DNA from: Octopus sinensis
Lineage: Eukaryota
Reading direction: 5' to 3'
Length of the DNA: 64,000 nucleotides
Assembly (NCBI RefSeq): GCF_006345805.1
Contig: NC_043008.1
Span: 14,756,001-14,820,000, forward strand
The notes beneath the pieces were generated by a model, which saw nothing but the letters and a program-made list of their open reading frames with translations, made no database searches and was not told where the DNA came from. Made by a program: the position numbers and the translations under genes. Shown piece after piece: positions 10,951 through 23,864 of this stretch (its first letter is position 1; the number at the start of each line of letters is the position of its first letter).

Positions 10951-11151
10951 ATATGTGACAATTATTCAGTAGCCATGATAAAACTCAGAGTTTTGGATGT
11001 CGGGGCGGAAACCCACGCCGCCATCTCTTCAGTTATCCGGCCATCGGAAATTTTCCAAGGGGTGGATAACTGAAGAGATGGCAGCGTGGGTTTCTGCCCC
11101 GACATCTGAAACTCAGAGTTTTATCATGGCTACTGAATAATTGTTACATAT
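10951..11151. repeat. Inverted repeat (88-bp arms, 25-bp spacer), each arm holding a hammerhead copy
   Basis: Arms 10951-11038 and 11064-11151. The minus copy (10977-11037) has AAAAC instead of GAAAC. Confidence 0.9.
11065..11125 (+). ncRNA. Type I hammerhead ribozyme motif, copy 3 (sense to the host gene)
   Basis: GATAA CTGAAGA GATG...CATC T GAAAC TC-A-GA GTT TTATC. Stem I is 5 bp; one extra T lies before GAAA. Confidence 0.5.
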
Positions 11152-11653
11152 ATATATATATATATATATAGCAATTAAGGACAACTACTCTTAGCGTATG
11201 GCGTGTATGTAGAATGCCTCCTGGCATGTATGTATAATGCCCTCTATATATAAATTATATATATATATATATAGCTTGATTGTGCAACCCTGCACTCATC
11301 AGTTATAATTAATTATGGTGACTGCTCTCTATGTTGGGAGTGAAAAGACACATCTAATATATATATATATATATATAAGTATGTCTGTGTGTGTGTATAA
11401 GTGCCCTGTATGAAATTCTCTTGAGTCTTTCCATAACTTCTGCTGATTAAAAATAAGAAAATGTAATTACGTTTATGTTTTGAGTTCTATCTATCCTGTT
11501 TATACCACTGAGCCTATATATATATATATATATATTATATATATTTATATATAAGTTCAGCAAAAATTTAGATTCAAATGAATATGGTACTTAATTTAGA
11601 TGTACCAGAATTTTGTATGGTGTTATCCATAAAAATTTGTGGGGTGATTATAA

Positions 11654-11754
11654 TCAAAATAAGCAACAAGAATGACTCCGGTAATTTGGTACAATCGTTG
11701 TAGTACGAAACGATTGTACCAAATTACCGGAGTCATTCTTGTTGCTTATTTTGA
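11654..11754. repeat. Perfect hairpin (46-bp arms, 9-nt loop)
   Basis: Arms 11654-11699 and 11709-11754. Confidence 0.9.
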
Positions 11755-11773
11755 ATATATTTATATATATATA

Positions 11774-11816
<43 letters not shown>

Positions 11817-11857
11817 CATTCAGCATCATTTAACATCCATTTTCTATATATATATAT

Positions 11858-12263
11858 ACTCTTTTACTTGTTTCAGTCATTTGACTGCGGCCATGCTGGA
11901 GCACCGCCTTTAGTCGAGCAACTCGACCCCGGGGCTTATTCTTTTGTAAGCCCAGTACTTATTCTATCGGGCTCTTTTGCCGAACCGCTAAGTGACGGGG
12001 ACGTAAACACACCAGCATCGGTTGTCAAGCAATGCTAGGGGGACAAACACAGATACACAAACATATACACACACATACATATGTATATATACATATATAC
12101 GACAGGCTTCTTTCAGTTTCCGTCTACCAAATCCACTCACAAGGCATTGGTCGGCCCGGGGCTATAGCAGAAGACATTTGCCCAAGATGCCACGCAGTGG
12201 GATTGAACCCGGAACCATGTGGTTGGTAAGCAAGCTACTTACCACACAGCCACTCATGCGCCT
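11858..12263 (-). mobile_element. Full-length family A SINE
   Basis: Head-to-tail match to 1101-1531. Confidence 0.9.
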
Positions 12264-13348
12264 ATATATATATAAATATATATATATTTATACATACATA
12301 TATTCATACATACACACGCACAGATACATATATATATATAATATACTCCTGTGTAAGTGTGCGTGCATGTGTGTGTGTGTGTGCATGCGTGTGTGTTAGA
12401 TTTATTCATAGAGTTTTTTGCATACAGTTATAGTATCTTGAACAGATGACTCATGGGACAAATCTTGATGAAGGATTCTTATTATAAATTTTTGTACCAT
12501 TTACATATAATCTTAAACAATCTTCACTGCTTCAATTTTATTTTACTCAATTCTTTTTTTTTCTTATTCTATATTTATTTGTTGGGATATTATTTTTTTT
12601 TTTACCTTTGTAAAATCATGTTCAAATCTCTGATGCATTCCTTCCAAGATAAAAATTTCTGATTTTTTGCCTCCTCCTAACCCTTGCATATTGCTGTCCA
12701 GTGAAGCATTACTGTAGAGATGTGCACCTGATAAATTAATTGAACAGCATTCAACAAATAGGTATGGCTAGTTTGCTTCCCAACCACATGGCTTTGGGTT
12801 CAATCCCATTGCATGGAACCTTGGGTGACTGTCTTCTTTTATAGCCTCAGGCCAACTAAAGCCATGTGAGTGGATATGGTAGACAGAAAGTGAAAGAGAC
12901 CTGTTGTGTCATCATCATAATTTAATATCCATTGTCCATGCTGGCAGGGGTTGACCAGTTTGACCAGGGCCAGTAAAATGGAAGGCTGCTCCAGACTCCA
13001 GTCTGATTTGGCATGGTTTTCTATGTCTGGATGCCCTTCCTAACGCCAACCACTCTGAGAGTGTGATGGGTGCTTTTATGTGCCACTGGTATGTGTGCCA
13101 TTTGTGTGATACCTGTATCTGCCATGACTGCAATTTTGCTCAGCTTGATGGGTCTTCTTCTCAAGCACAACATAATACCAAAATTCTGTGTCATTGCCTC
13201 TGTGAGGCCCAACTATCGAAAGGAACTTGGCCACTTTTGCCTCCGTGACCCCAACGCTTGAAAGGAACACAACCACTTTACATGACACCACCATCAGCCA
13301 TGACTATGATTTCCCAGGTTTTCTCAAATGACTGAAACCAATAAAAGA

Positions 13349-13407
<59 letters not shown>

Positions 13408-13411
<4 letters not shown>

Positions 13412-13816
13412 GGAGTGGCTGTGTGGTAAGTAGCTTGTTTACCAACCACATGGTTCAGGGTTCAGTCCCACTGCATGGCACCTTGGGCAAGTGCCTTCTA
13501 CTATAGCCTCGGGCCGACCAAAGCCTTTTGAGAGGATTTGGTAGACGGAAACTGAAAGAATCTATCGTATATATGTATATATATATGTATGTGTGTGTAT
13601 ATGTTTGTGTGTCTGTGTTTGTCCCTCCAACATCGCTTGACAACCGATGCTGATGTGTTTACGTCCCCGTAACTTAGCGGTTCGGTAAAAGAAGGAGCCC
13701 GATAGAATAAGTACTAGGCTTACAATGAATAAGTCCTGGGGTCGATTTGCTCGACTAAAGGCGGTGCTCCAGCATGGCCGCAGTCAAATGACTGAAACAA
13801 GTAAAAGAGTAAAGAA
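13408..13816 (+). mobile_element. Full-length family A SINE
   Basis: Head-to-tail match to other copies. A 5' half-copy also lies at about 14322-14472. Confidence 0.9.
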
Positions 13817-15298
13817 TAAATATATATATGTTATACATGTGCATGTTTGTATGTATATATGCACACACAAGCACTTGTTAGTGACACACCCGAAGAAATA
13901 GTACTCAACACAGCATGGATGAATAAACATTCTTGGGCTATTATCACGTGACACCAGTGTACATTTGCCTGGTTTTGTGGTATGTCTTTAATTATAGAAA
14001 TGTTAAAGTTGCCAAAATCTCTAAATATATATTTTAAAAAATTGAATCTGGAACCTATGAATTCTGTAAAAAAAAAGATTAATTACAAATACAAAATTGG
14101 AAAATTCTATATATAAAGAAGATATTGCTAAATCACGTGAAATATTTCTAAAAATATTTAAATCAGTAAAGGAAAAAAATTATCTAACAAAACAATACAG
14201 TAGATGTAGACAGCAGAAATATACAGCCTGTGGATTTCATTATAAAATTTGATTAGGAAATTTCTGTGAAATGAAAAATATACTATACAGAAAATTTGTA
14301 AAGTATTGAACATGGTGTTGGGGTGGCTGTGTGGTAAGTAGCTTGCTTACGAACCACAGGGTTCTGGGTTCAGTCCCACTGCATCGCACCTTGGGCAAGT
14401 GTCTTCTACTATAGCATCGGGCCAACCAAAGCCTTGTGAGTGGATTTGGTAGACGGAAACTGAAAGAAGCTCGTCAGCTCGAAACGTAAAACCCTCCTTC
14501 TTCCCTTCCTTCCTGAGCGTCCAATAATACTATACTTGTTCCACGTCCTCGCATTGTTGTGTTTTCTCTTGGTGTTTTCATGTTTGGATTAACTATATAT
14601 ATGGTTTAAAATAAGTCAAAACATAAAAATTGAGGTGAAAGAACAACAAACAGGGTGTATAAGTTTTATGCTCTGGAAAAATGGAAGAAGTCTTTAATGT
14701 TTTGAGCCTATGCTCTTATACAGAGAGGATGGGAGGGTAGAGAAAATGATGGGGTGAAAATAAATGTGTATATAATCAGACAGACAGATAGATAGAGACC
14801 AACAGACAGATAGATAAACAGATAGATAAAAGATGGACAGACAGACAGATAGATAGATAGATAGTTAGACAGATAGACAGACACACACACACACACATAA
14901 ATGACCTTTTTATCTTTGCTTAACTTTAACCATATTACTGCATGAGAATGCTCCTATGCTTCATAGTTTTCTGGTAATTGTTGGTCTAGTTTTTTTGTTG
15001 TTGCTACGGTTGTACTCATTACTGCTGCTCATTGCTTTCCTATTACATCTGACCTCACTCCAAACTCTTATGGCTATCAAGTATTGATTTCATTTTTATT
15101 TAATACTAAATTTCTTTTTTTTTTGTCCATTTCCATGTGAATATGATTTTTTAGAAAGAAAGAGTAATATCATCTTAAGCGTTTACTTAAGTATCATAAC
15201 TATCTTGTTTCATTCTCCCTTCCTTGTACGTATATAATTCTCTCTCACTTTCCCTATCATTATTACCATCGATATCATTATCACCATCACCATCACCA

Positions 15299-15337
<39 letters not shown>

Positions 15338-15740
15338 TCATCACTGTCACCATGTTGGGTCTGCATTACGTGTTTTAATGAACTAAAAATATTTTCCCCT
15401 GAATATGTGCTGCTGAAATTGGAATGCATCTTTTGTGCCATCACATATGATACGTTATAAATCTGGGGTCTCCTGGAAGATTTAAGCTAACCTTCACACA
15501 TTCACCTGGTAAATTATTCAAGACAGTTAGGTGAACTTGGACAGCATAAAATAATGGTTCTATGATCAACTATGTTGACTTGTTAACATATGGAATTTTC
15601 TCTTCTGTTGGACTGCATGATTCTGCTAATAACACAAATGATAATGGTAAAACATTGCTAATGCTAAACAGCTTCTATGATGTCAGCATTGGTAATGCTT
15701 TCTTCATTCACAAATTAATCCATAAGACAACATAGATTTC

Positions 15741-15938
15741 GTTTTTGGATTTGGTTTGCAAGATTCTTTATATGAGTTTGTGTGTTGAAGCATATTCTGT
15801 TGTGTCTGGGGAGAGTCATTTTCTTTTTGTACCTTATAATTTAACACTCTCACCAGTAAGAAATAAGTGGAAATTTTACCGGTGAGTGTGTTACATTATA
15901 AGGCACAATAAGAAAATGACTCTTCCCAGACACAACAG
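15741..15938. mobile_element. 198-bp fold-back insertion with a 12-bp target-site duplication
   Basis: AACATAGATTTC at 15729-15740 and 15939-15950. Imperfect 65-bp inverted arms at 15795-15859 and 15876-15940. Confidence 0.7.
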
Positions 15939-16178
15939 AACATAGATTTCACCTAGCAGAAAATACACAGCGGATGTGATTGAGTACATTTGCATCATTA
16001 TGAGGTGTTGTTCATTACTACAAGACATTAGTACATGGTGTGGCGCAGATGCAGGTTCGGATCATAACTTTTTCATGAGCAAGTTTTGTTTTAAATGAAA
16101 AAATAAAAACTGAAAATATCGAATGCAGTGTGCCCATGGGCAATAGAAAAACTTAAGCTGTGAGATATTTCAACCCAG

Positions 16179-16486
16179 AGGCACAATGCCTAGTGGTTAG
16201 AGCAGTGGACTCGCGGTCGAGGGATCATGGGTTTGAATCTCAGACCGGGCGATGTGTGTGTTTATGAGCGAAAACACCTAAGCTCCACGCGGCTCCGGCA
16301 GAAGATAATGGTGAACTTCTGCTGACTCTTTCGCCACAACTTTCTCTCACTCTTGCCTCCTGCATCTTGCAGCTCACCTGTGATGGACCAGCATCCCACC
16401 CTGGTGGGGAACCTATACGCCAAGAAACCGGGAAACTGGCCCTTATGAGTCAGGCATGGCTCGAGAAGGAACAAACAACAAAAAAA
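16179..16486 (+). mobile_element. SINE family D (tRNA-like head, possibly Meta-type central domain, A/C-rich tail) with 14-bp TSD
   Basis: TSD ATATTTCAACCCAG at 16165-16178 and 16487-16500. A/B-box head GGCACAATGCCTAGTGG...GGTTTGAATCTC. Second copy at about 46478-46773. Confidence 0.85.
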
Positions 16487-17746
16487 ATATTTCAACCCAG
16501 TTCTATGAAGTGACAAAGAAAATGTTCCAACTCCAAAAATTAGTAAAAGATGGTAAAAAATCATGAGGAACACTGGAGATTGTTTTAGTGAGTCATTCTG
16601 GCCTGCATAGCTGTGCTGGGTAGACGAAGGGGAACCACCACCATTACTTGAAAGGTTGGGTCTAATTAATGCTGATGGTATTTGCTATAGAGCCTAATTA
16701 AATAAGGAAGTGAGAAAAGAAGTTTATGGAATTGTTGCTTCTGTTAGCAATAAAAAATTTCTCTATTTGTCTGAAAGGCTGATTGTACAAGTAAATATAA
16801 GAAGTGTGTTGTGGTGTATGGCAGTGAAATATGAGCATTGAATGTAGATGATATGCAGGTCTTGTAGAGAAATAAGACAAGGACAATCTTTCTGATGTAT
16901 AATGTTAACATGCATGAGGAACTGAGCAAAGTTGAGTTTAAGAAAATACTTTGATAGAAAGACATCAAAGTATGTAGGAGTGGTGACTGCTTTGTTATGG
17001 ACATGTGACATAATGTGAAAAGATAATGATTGATTGGAGACAAAATGTTTTAGATTGTTGGTGGAAAATGTTCATAGAAGAGGAAGGTCACATTAGTATT
17101 TGTGAAAAAATAATGTGATTTTAGGATGGTGAGCTTTAGAGATGATGGGAGGTGAAGTCAAGCAGAGAAACATTATGTAGTCTGTAACAAAGACTACAAT
17201 GACAGAAAAAGTGATCTGATGCCATCAAGGGAATCAGTTCAGATGTGTTTGTAAGAGATATGTGTCTGCATCAGCAATGATAATGGGTTGTTGAAGTCAT
17301 CAAATTTCATAGCCAAAGTTGAGTGGCATAAGTTCCTGCAGCTAGTTGACTTTAGCTGTGTCACAACCACTGGTCAGTTAAAAAAACAACCCATCTATAG
17401 ACTAGATATGGTCTGTCAGAGAAAAGACACCAAAGACAAAATTGTTAATGAGATTCCTATATGTTGTTTATCTAAAAATGTTTACAACTGTGATTCTAAT
17501 GTGTTAGACATCTGCTGTTTCTATTGTGTTTTCTCTGGTCAATTAGCTTAATGTTTTTACCAGAATTCTAAAGGGTTGGTCACTAATGTCATCAATCCTT
17601 GACAGAATTTTGTGTAGTGTTCATAATTATTTTCACATCTGAAAACAGTGATTACAGTTTGAACTCTTAGACAGTCAGTTAATGTTTGGGACTCGGCCAA
17701 TGTTTCTGCTACAAATCTAAGCCATAGCAACTGAGAAAACAAACAT

Positions 17747-18160
17747 AGGTGCAGGAGTGGCTGTGTGGTAAGTAGCTTGTTTACCAACCACATGGTTCTG
17801 GGTTCAGTCCCACTGCGTGGCACCTTGGGCAAGTGTCTTCTACTATAGCCTCGGGCCGGCCAAAGCCTTGTGAGTGGATTTGGTAGACGGAAACTGAAAG
17901 AAGCCCGTCGTATATATGTATATATATATATATATATGCGTGTGTGTATTTGTGTGTGTCCCCCTAGCATTGCTTGACAATCGATGCTGGTGTGTTTATG
18001 TCCCCCGTTACTTAGCGGTTCGGCAAAAGAGACCGATAGAATAAGTACTGGGCTTACAAAAGAATAAGTCCCCGGGTCGAGTTGCTCGATTAAAGGCGGT
18101 GCTCCAGCATGGCCGCAGTCAAATGACTGAAACAAATAAAAGAATAAAAGAGTAAAGAGT
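17747..18160 (+). mobile_element. Full-length family A SINE
   Basis: Head-to-tail match. Confidence 0.9.
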
Positions 18161-18177
18161 CTAGAAATATTTATGAT

Positions 18178-18216
<39 letters not shown>

Positions 18217-18791
18217 CAATTATTTCCCAAATGAGTTGATGTAATGTTTAATTCCATAAAGACATAATTAGACTCTATTAAACTTATATTAACTCTATTT
18301 AACTTTGGTTGATAGCCGAATCATTTCATTAAAAAGATTAAATTATTAATTCATATTCTGTGTGTTATCAGATGTAATTATCATTATGGTACCAACTTGT
18401 TTACTGATGTACTATCAATTCTGTTGGATATTTGGTTTATTTTGATTATAAAAAACAGGAAAACAACTTGTTGATGTCTATGTACACTAATAGATTATAA
18501 AGTGTTGATGACAACAAAACGTAATGGGAATTATTTATTGATTCCAAAAAAAAAAATAATAATATTTGGACATTTCCTACCAAATCATAATACTTTGTTC
18601 TATGTTTTATAGTTTTATGTAGTGGACTCTGTCGCGGTGAAGTCTGCTAGAAACTAACTCAATCCATTATAAATTTCTATTTCTTACTTCAGACACTTTG
18701 TACCACTTATCTCACCAATCCTATCAAGATAGGCTTGACTAGTACACTATATCACATTGTTTCTGCATATAAACCTGTGGGCATATACCAC

Positions 18792-18845
<54 letters not shown>

Positions 18846-18848
<3 letters not shown>

Positions 18849-19226
18849 CATAGGAGTGGCTGTGTGGTAAGTAGCTCGCTTACCAACCACATGGTTCCAG
18901 GTTCAGTCCTACTGCATGGCACCTTGGGCAAGTGTCTTCTACTATAGCCTCGGGCCGACCAAAGCCTTGTGAGTGAATTTGGTAGACGGAAACTGTATAT
19001 ATATATGTATGTGTGTGTATATGTTTGTGTGTCTGTGTTTGTCCCCCCAACATCGCTTGACAACCAATGCTGGTGTGTTTACGTCCCCGTAACTTAGCGG
19101 TTCGGCAAAACAGACCGATAGAATAAGCACTAGGCTTACAAAGAATAAGTCCTGGGGTTGATTTCCTCGACTAAAGGCGGTGCTCCAGCATGGCCACAGT
19201 CACATGACTGAAAAGAGTAAAAGAGA
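18846..19226 (+). mobile_element. Family A SINE
   Basis: Head-to-tail match with a small internal deletion. Confidence 0.9.
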
Positions 19227-19402
19227 ATATAGGCTAAATATGGTCTGTCAGAGAAAAGACACCAAAGACAAAATTGTTAATGAGATTCCCATATGTTGTT
19301 TATCTAAAAATGTTTACAACTGGGGATATACATATGCATATACATAGTTTACTGTTCTGTTAAAATCAACAACAAAAATGTACTCCATCCAATGAGAGAT
19401 AG

Positions 19403-19646
19403 ATATCGTTTAATGTACATTGTATAAAGATAAGAGCTACTGACAGTTTCTTGTTATGGAAACGTGACTAGACAGGGTTTTATAACATGCCTTGTGTCTC
19501 CAAGATTATAATGTGCCTTGTGCATCCAAGCCTGAAGATTGCTTGAAGACACAAGGCACATTATAAAAACTTGCCTAGCCACATATCTTCATGGCATGAA
19601 AACTATTAGTAGCTCTTATCTTTATGCAGCGTACATTAAATGATAT
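19403..19646. repeat. Degenerate fold-back element with outer inverted arms (about 50 bp) and an inner hairpin
   Basis: ATATCGTTTAATGTAC...GATAAGAGCTACT pairs with AGTAGCTCTTATC...GTACATTAAATGATAT. Inner AATGTGCCTTGTG/CACAAGGCACATT. Confidence 0.75.
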
Positions 19647-20089
19647 ACATATATAACTGACCAGCCATATTTGACCATCATCTACTAACCATTGTCATCA
19701 AGGAAGCCTCTATGTAGTAACTTCACCTGCTAGAAATAGCTGACAAGTCTCCCTCGTCATTAAAAAAAAATAGGAAGGGCACATTGGGTAATGTAGTCCA
19801 AGATAGTCAGTACCCAAGATAAAGACTGAATGGTCACAGCTAGAATGCTTTTCATCAAATACCTCTTTAATTAAGGATGATGTGAGCTAAACGACAATTA
19901 CAATTGTTTGGTCCCCATCATCTAATTAATGTTCCTTTTCTTTTTATAATTGGCCTCTAATTTTACTTCTCTCGTTTGACTCTTCTTATTAACTGTCATT
20001 TGACTGATATTAAATAACTAATTTAATCTACATCATCTGAATTATGTCCTAATAGTTTCCTCCTTTATTGACCCCTCTCATTTGATCTC

Positions 20090-20600
20090 TCTTACTTGAC
20101 TCACTCATTTGACTTCTCTCATTCAATTCAGCCCTCTCATTTCAACCCTCTCATTTCACACCCTCTTATTTGACCCATTCTAATTTGACCCCTCTCATTT
20201 GACTCCTTTCATTTGACCCCTCTCGTTTGACTCCTTTCATTTGACCCCTCTCATTTGATTCCTTTTATTTGATCCCTCTCATTTGACTCCTTTCATTTGA
20301 CCCCTCTCATTTGACCACTTTCATTTGACTCCTTTCGTTTGACCCCTCTCATTTGATTCCTTTTATTTGACCCCTCTCATTTAACCCCTCTCATTTGACT
20401 CCTTTCATTTGACCTCTCTCATTTGACTCATTTCATTTGACTCCTTTTATTTAACCCCTCTTATTTGATCTTTTTTACTTGACCCACTCTCATGTGACTC
20501 CTCCCTCTCATTTGACCCCTCCTACTTAACTCTTCTCATTTGATCTCTTTTACTTGATCCAATCTCATTTGACTCCTCAACATTTGATCCCCCTTATTTG
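20090..20600. repeat. 14-bp minisatellite (ATTTGACCCCTCTC / ATTTGACTCCTTTC variants)
   Basis: About 30 or more tandem ATTTGA-initiated units read directly. Confidence 0.9.
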
Positions 20601-20891
20601 ATCTTCATCAGGTACCCACAGTTTCATATAACCATCACCATCACCATTAACACTTAACCTATATCAAATAACACTAGTCATTATAATTTGATCCACATCA
20701 TTTGAACTGTGTTTATGTAGTCCCCCCACCTAGACCTTCATCATATCCCATTGTTTGACCTCTCTCAAATTATCCACCATTTGACCTGAATCAAGTTCTT
20801 AAAGTTTCATATAATAACCTAGCATGAGTTGACCAATGTCAGTCAAGCTTCTCCTTTCACATCTCTGATTCTTTTCTTCTCTGCATTCCAG

Positions 20892-21152
20892 CCTCGGTCT
20901 ACTGTCGTTAGCTGCACTGGTTCTCGTTGGTCTGTCACTACAGCTGCTGTTTGTGCTGTACCAGGAACAGAATGCAGTGCAGCTGGGCCATGTCTACCTG
21001 TTCAACAGTACCAGTAATTACAACGACCTCCTGGAAGTGACAACTGCGCTCACCACCCTAGTCATCATGCTCAACGCGTGTTGCCTTATGGTGTGTGCAA
21101 TGCAGTGTTTTTTCGCTTCCAAGATACTTAACGTCAATCAGGGAGACCAAAG
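20892..21152 (+). CDS. TMEM221: Jiraiya/TMEM221-like gene, internal exon (LGLLSLAALVLVGLSLQLLFVLYQEQ...SKILNVNQGDQ-R)
   Basis: Polypyrimidine acceptor TTCCAG| at 20891 and donor AG|GTGAGT at 21152. Open frame with two hydrophobic helices; 'LG...L.LQLLF.L' resembles the TMEM221 N-terminus (recall). Confidence 0.85.
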
Positions 21153-21799
21153 GTGAGTGGACATACTTCCTTACGCTTGGATTGGGTGTATTTGTGTATG
21201 GGTGTATGTATGAGCATGTATGCGTGCGTATGCATGTGAGGATGTGTTTGTCTTTGTGTGTGCCTGTAATTTGCTGTTCTTGTTAACGATTGATGTTAAC
21301 ATGATTTGTTGTTGTTGTGTTTGCTTCTACAGTTGTTCACATGTCATCATCATCACCATCATCATCATTGTTTAACGTCCGTTTTCCATGCTAGCATGGG
21401 TTGGACTGTTCGACCGGGGATCTGGGAAACCAGGAGGCTGCACCTGGCTTCAGTCTGATCTGGCAGTGTTTCTACAGCTGGATGCCCTTCCTAACGCCAA
21501 CCACTCTGTGAGTGTAGTGGGTGCTTTTTACGTGTTACCGGCACAGGGGCCAGAGGAGGCTGGCAAACAGCCACAATCAGTTGGTGCTTTTTACATGCCA
21601 CCAGCACGGAAGCCAGTCGAGGCGGCACTGGCAACAGCCATGTTCGGATGGTGCTTTTTACTTGCCACCGGCACTGGTATCACAACTACAATTCCCATTT
21701 GATTTTTTGATCGATTTCGATTTCACTCGCCTCAACAGGTCTTCGCAACGTTGTTGTTTATGCTGTTTAGCCCCAGGTCTATCCATCATTAGTGGAGGT

Positions 21800-21930
21800 G
21801 TGTGGCTTAGTGGTTAGTGTGTCAGATTCACAATCACAAGATTGTGGTTTTGATTCCTGGACCGGGTGATGCGTTGTGTTCTTGAGCAAAACACTTCATT
21901 TCATGTTGCTCCAGTCCACTCAGCTGTAGA
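21800..21930 (+). mobile_element. tRNA-headed SINE fragment (family E); opposite-strand copies at about 23330-23550 and 63930-64000
   Basis: GGCTTAGTGGTTAG...GATTCCTGGACCGGG...GTGTTCTTGAGCAAAACACTTCATTTCATGTTGCTCCAGTCCACTCAGCTG. Confidence 0.65.
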
Positions 21931-23644
21931 AATAATTACCACTAATGGATGTGTGTCGCTTAATGGTTGGGATGTTGGATTCCCAACCATAAGACCATGG
22001 CTTCGATTCCCCCAAAATTGCAAGCCTTGTGCCTATAATTGAAAGGCTTATTATTATTTTACTAATTAAATGGGGAGGGAAGATCTGCTCACATGATACT
22101 TTGTTTTTGTCTGGGCCTCAGAGATTAAGGGGAGAAAAGAAGGAAATTCTCAAGCCAAAGACTTAGCCTGAATGTTTTAAAACTGAGGGAATTCTACAAA
22201 AGTTACCCAAGGTGATGTTAAACTGGGTGAAGAATCATGTCATCCATCAAAGACCTCCTGTTACAAGGTCCAGTCCTTGTGGCAGCAGTGTGGTGATTTG
22301 TGTACTTCAATGACCCTGAGCATGTCCAGTAAGTTTACTGTCACCAATTCACCTATTTTTTTTATTAATAAAATAGTTTTTTAACTATCAATGGTAAGAT
22401 ACTGTTTATGTATTTTCTTGGTAACCTTTCCTCGCAGTAAACTTTTCTTATGGTGAACTTTCTTCATAGTGAATTGATGGAGGCAAACTTTCCCTGTGGT
22501 GAACTCTGAGTTTCACAGAGGCTATGACGAAAGACCGGGACCTCTGGAGATATGCTGTGACTTCAAAGACCCAACAAATGAAGTGAATTCATGGCTCGCA
22601 GACAGCCTGCTGTGTTAACCTTGGATCGTAGAGTGACCCACTGTTCTCGAGGAGACCTATTGAGTCAAGTACATCAACATCAAAATAAAAATTCAAATTG
22701 AAATGGAAATTGCAGTTAAGACACCCGTGCCGGTGGCACGTAAAAACCACTGTCCGAACGTGGCAGATGCCAGCGCTGTCTGGCTGGCATCCGTGTTGGT
22801 GACATGTAAAAGCACCAACTGATTGTGGCTGTTTCCCTGTGGTGAATTGATGGCAGTGAACTTATCTGTAATTGACCCTGAGAGTAATGCCACCCTCCTG
22901 ATGGAGGGCTTCCTATCCTGGACAGGTCAAAGGATAGGAGCCTGACTAACATGGACCACCTCTTCCAAAAGTAAAATATAGATTTGTGTAGGGCCAACAC
23001 TCCTACCTGGAGAAAAAAAAATGCAAATTTATTGAAGCAGCAATCATGATTCAAAAATGCTAAGACCTGAGAGAGGAATGCTGCCCCTTGGAAATATATT
23101 ATGCAGTGCAGAGAAATCTCAAAAGAAGCCACAAATCTAATAACCCACAAGAGAAGCAGAAGAGAGGATACCGTAAAAATAACTGGAGGTGAGATACTAA
23201 GGCAGAACTGAAAAAGCAGGGATCAACTACAGAGGTGCAGAAAAGACTGTCCAGAGTTGAGAGCAGAGAAGAAGAGTTATTACACTGACCTATGCTTCAT
23301 TGGTAAACTTATACTTTCTCAACTCATACCGGCTCATATGGGCCGGTTTGCATGGCATATATATTCCCCACCTGGATGGGATGCCAGTCCATCGCAGGAT
23401 GACTCCTTTTTGCCAGCTGAGTGGACTGGAGCAACATGAAATGAAGTGTTTTGCTCAAGAACACATCATGTCACCCGGTCCAGGAATTGAAACCACAATC
23501 TTATGATAATAAGCCCAACACCCTAACCACTAAGCCACATGCATCCACATGCTTCATAGGGAGTGAAGAGCATCAGTAAGTAAGTACCCAAAAACCTAAA
23601 GTGCAAAGGACCGAAATAAACATCACGAGGTATCTCACCTGACA

Positions 23645-23864
23645 GCAAGCGAGCTGGCAGAAACGTTAGCACACTGGGTGAAATGCCTAGCGGTATTTCG
23701 TCTGCCGCTAAGTTCTGAGTTCAAATTCCGCCGAGGTCGGCTTTGCTTTGCATCCTTTCAGGGTCGATAAATTAAGTACCAGTTACACACTGGGGTCGAT
23801 GCAATCGACTTAATCCGTTTGTTTGTTCTCTCTGTGTTTAGCCCCTTGTGGGTAGTAAAGAAAT
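23645..23864 (+). mobile_element. Family B SINE with 17-bp TSD
   Basis: AGGTATCTCACCTGACA at 23628-23644 and 23865-23881. Confidence 0.9.

Noticed and set aside
16700-17390. Strand-biased stretch that might be a decayed LINE endonuclease region
   Set aside because: No convincing motif could be read in any frame.
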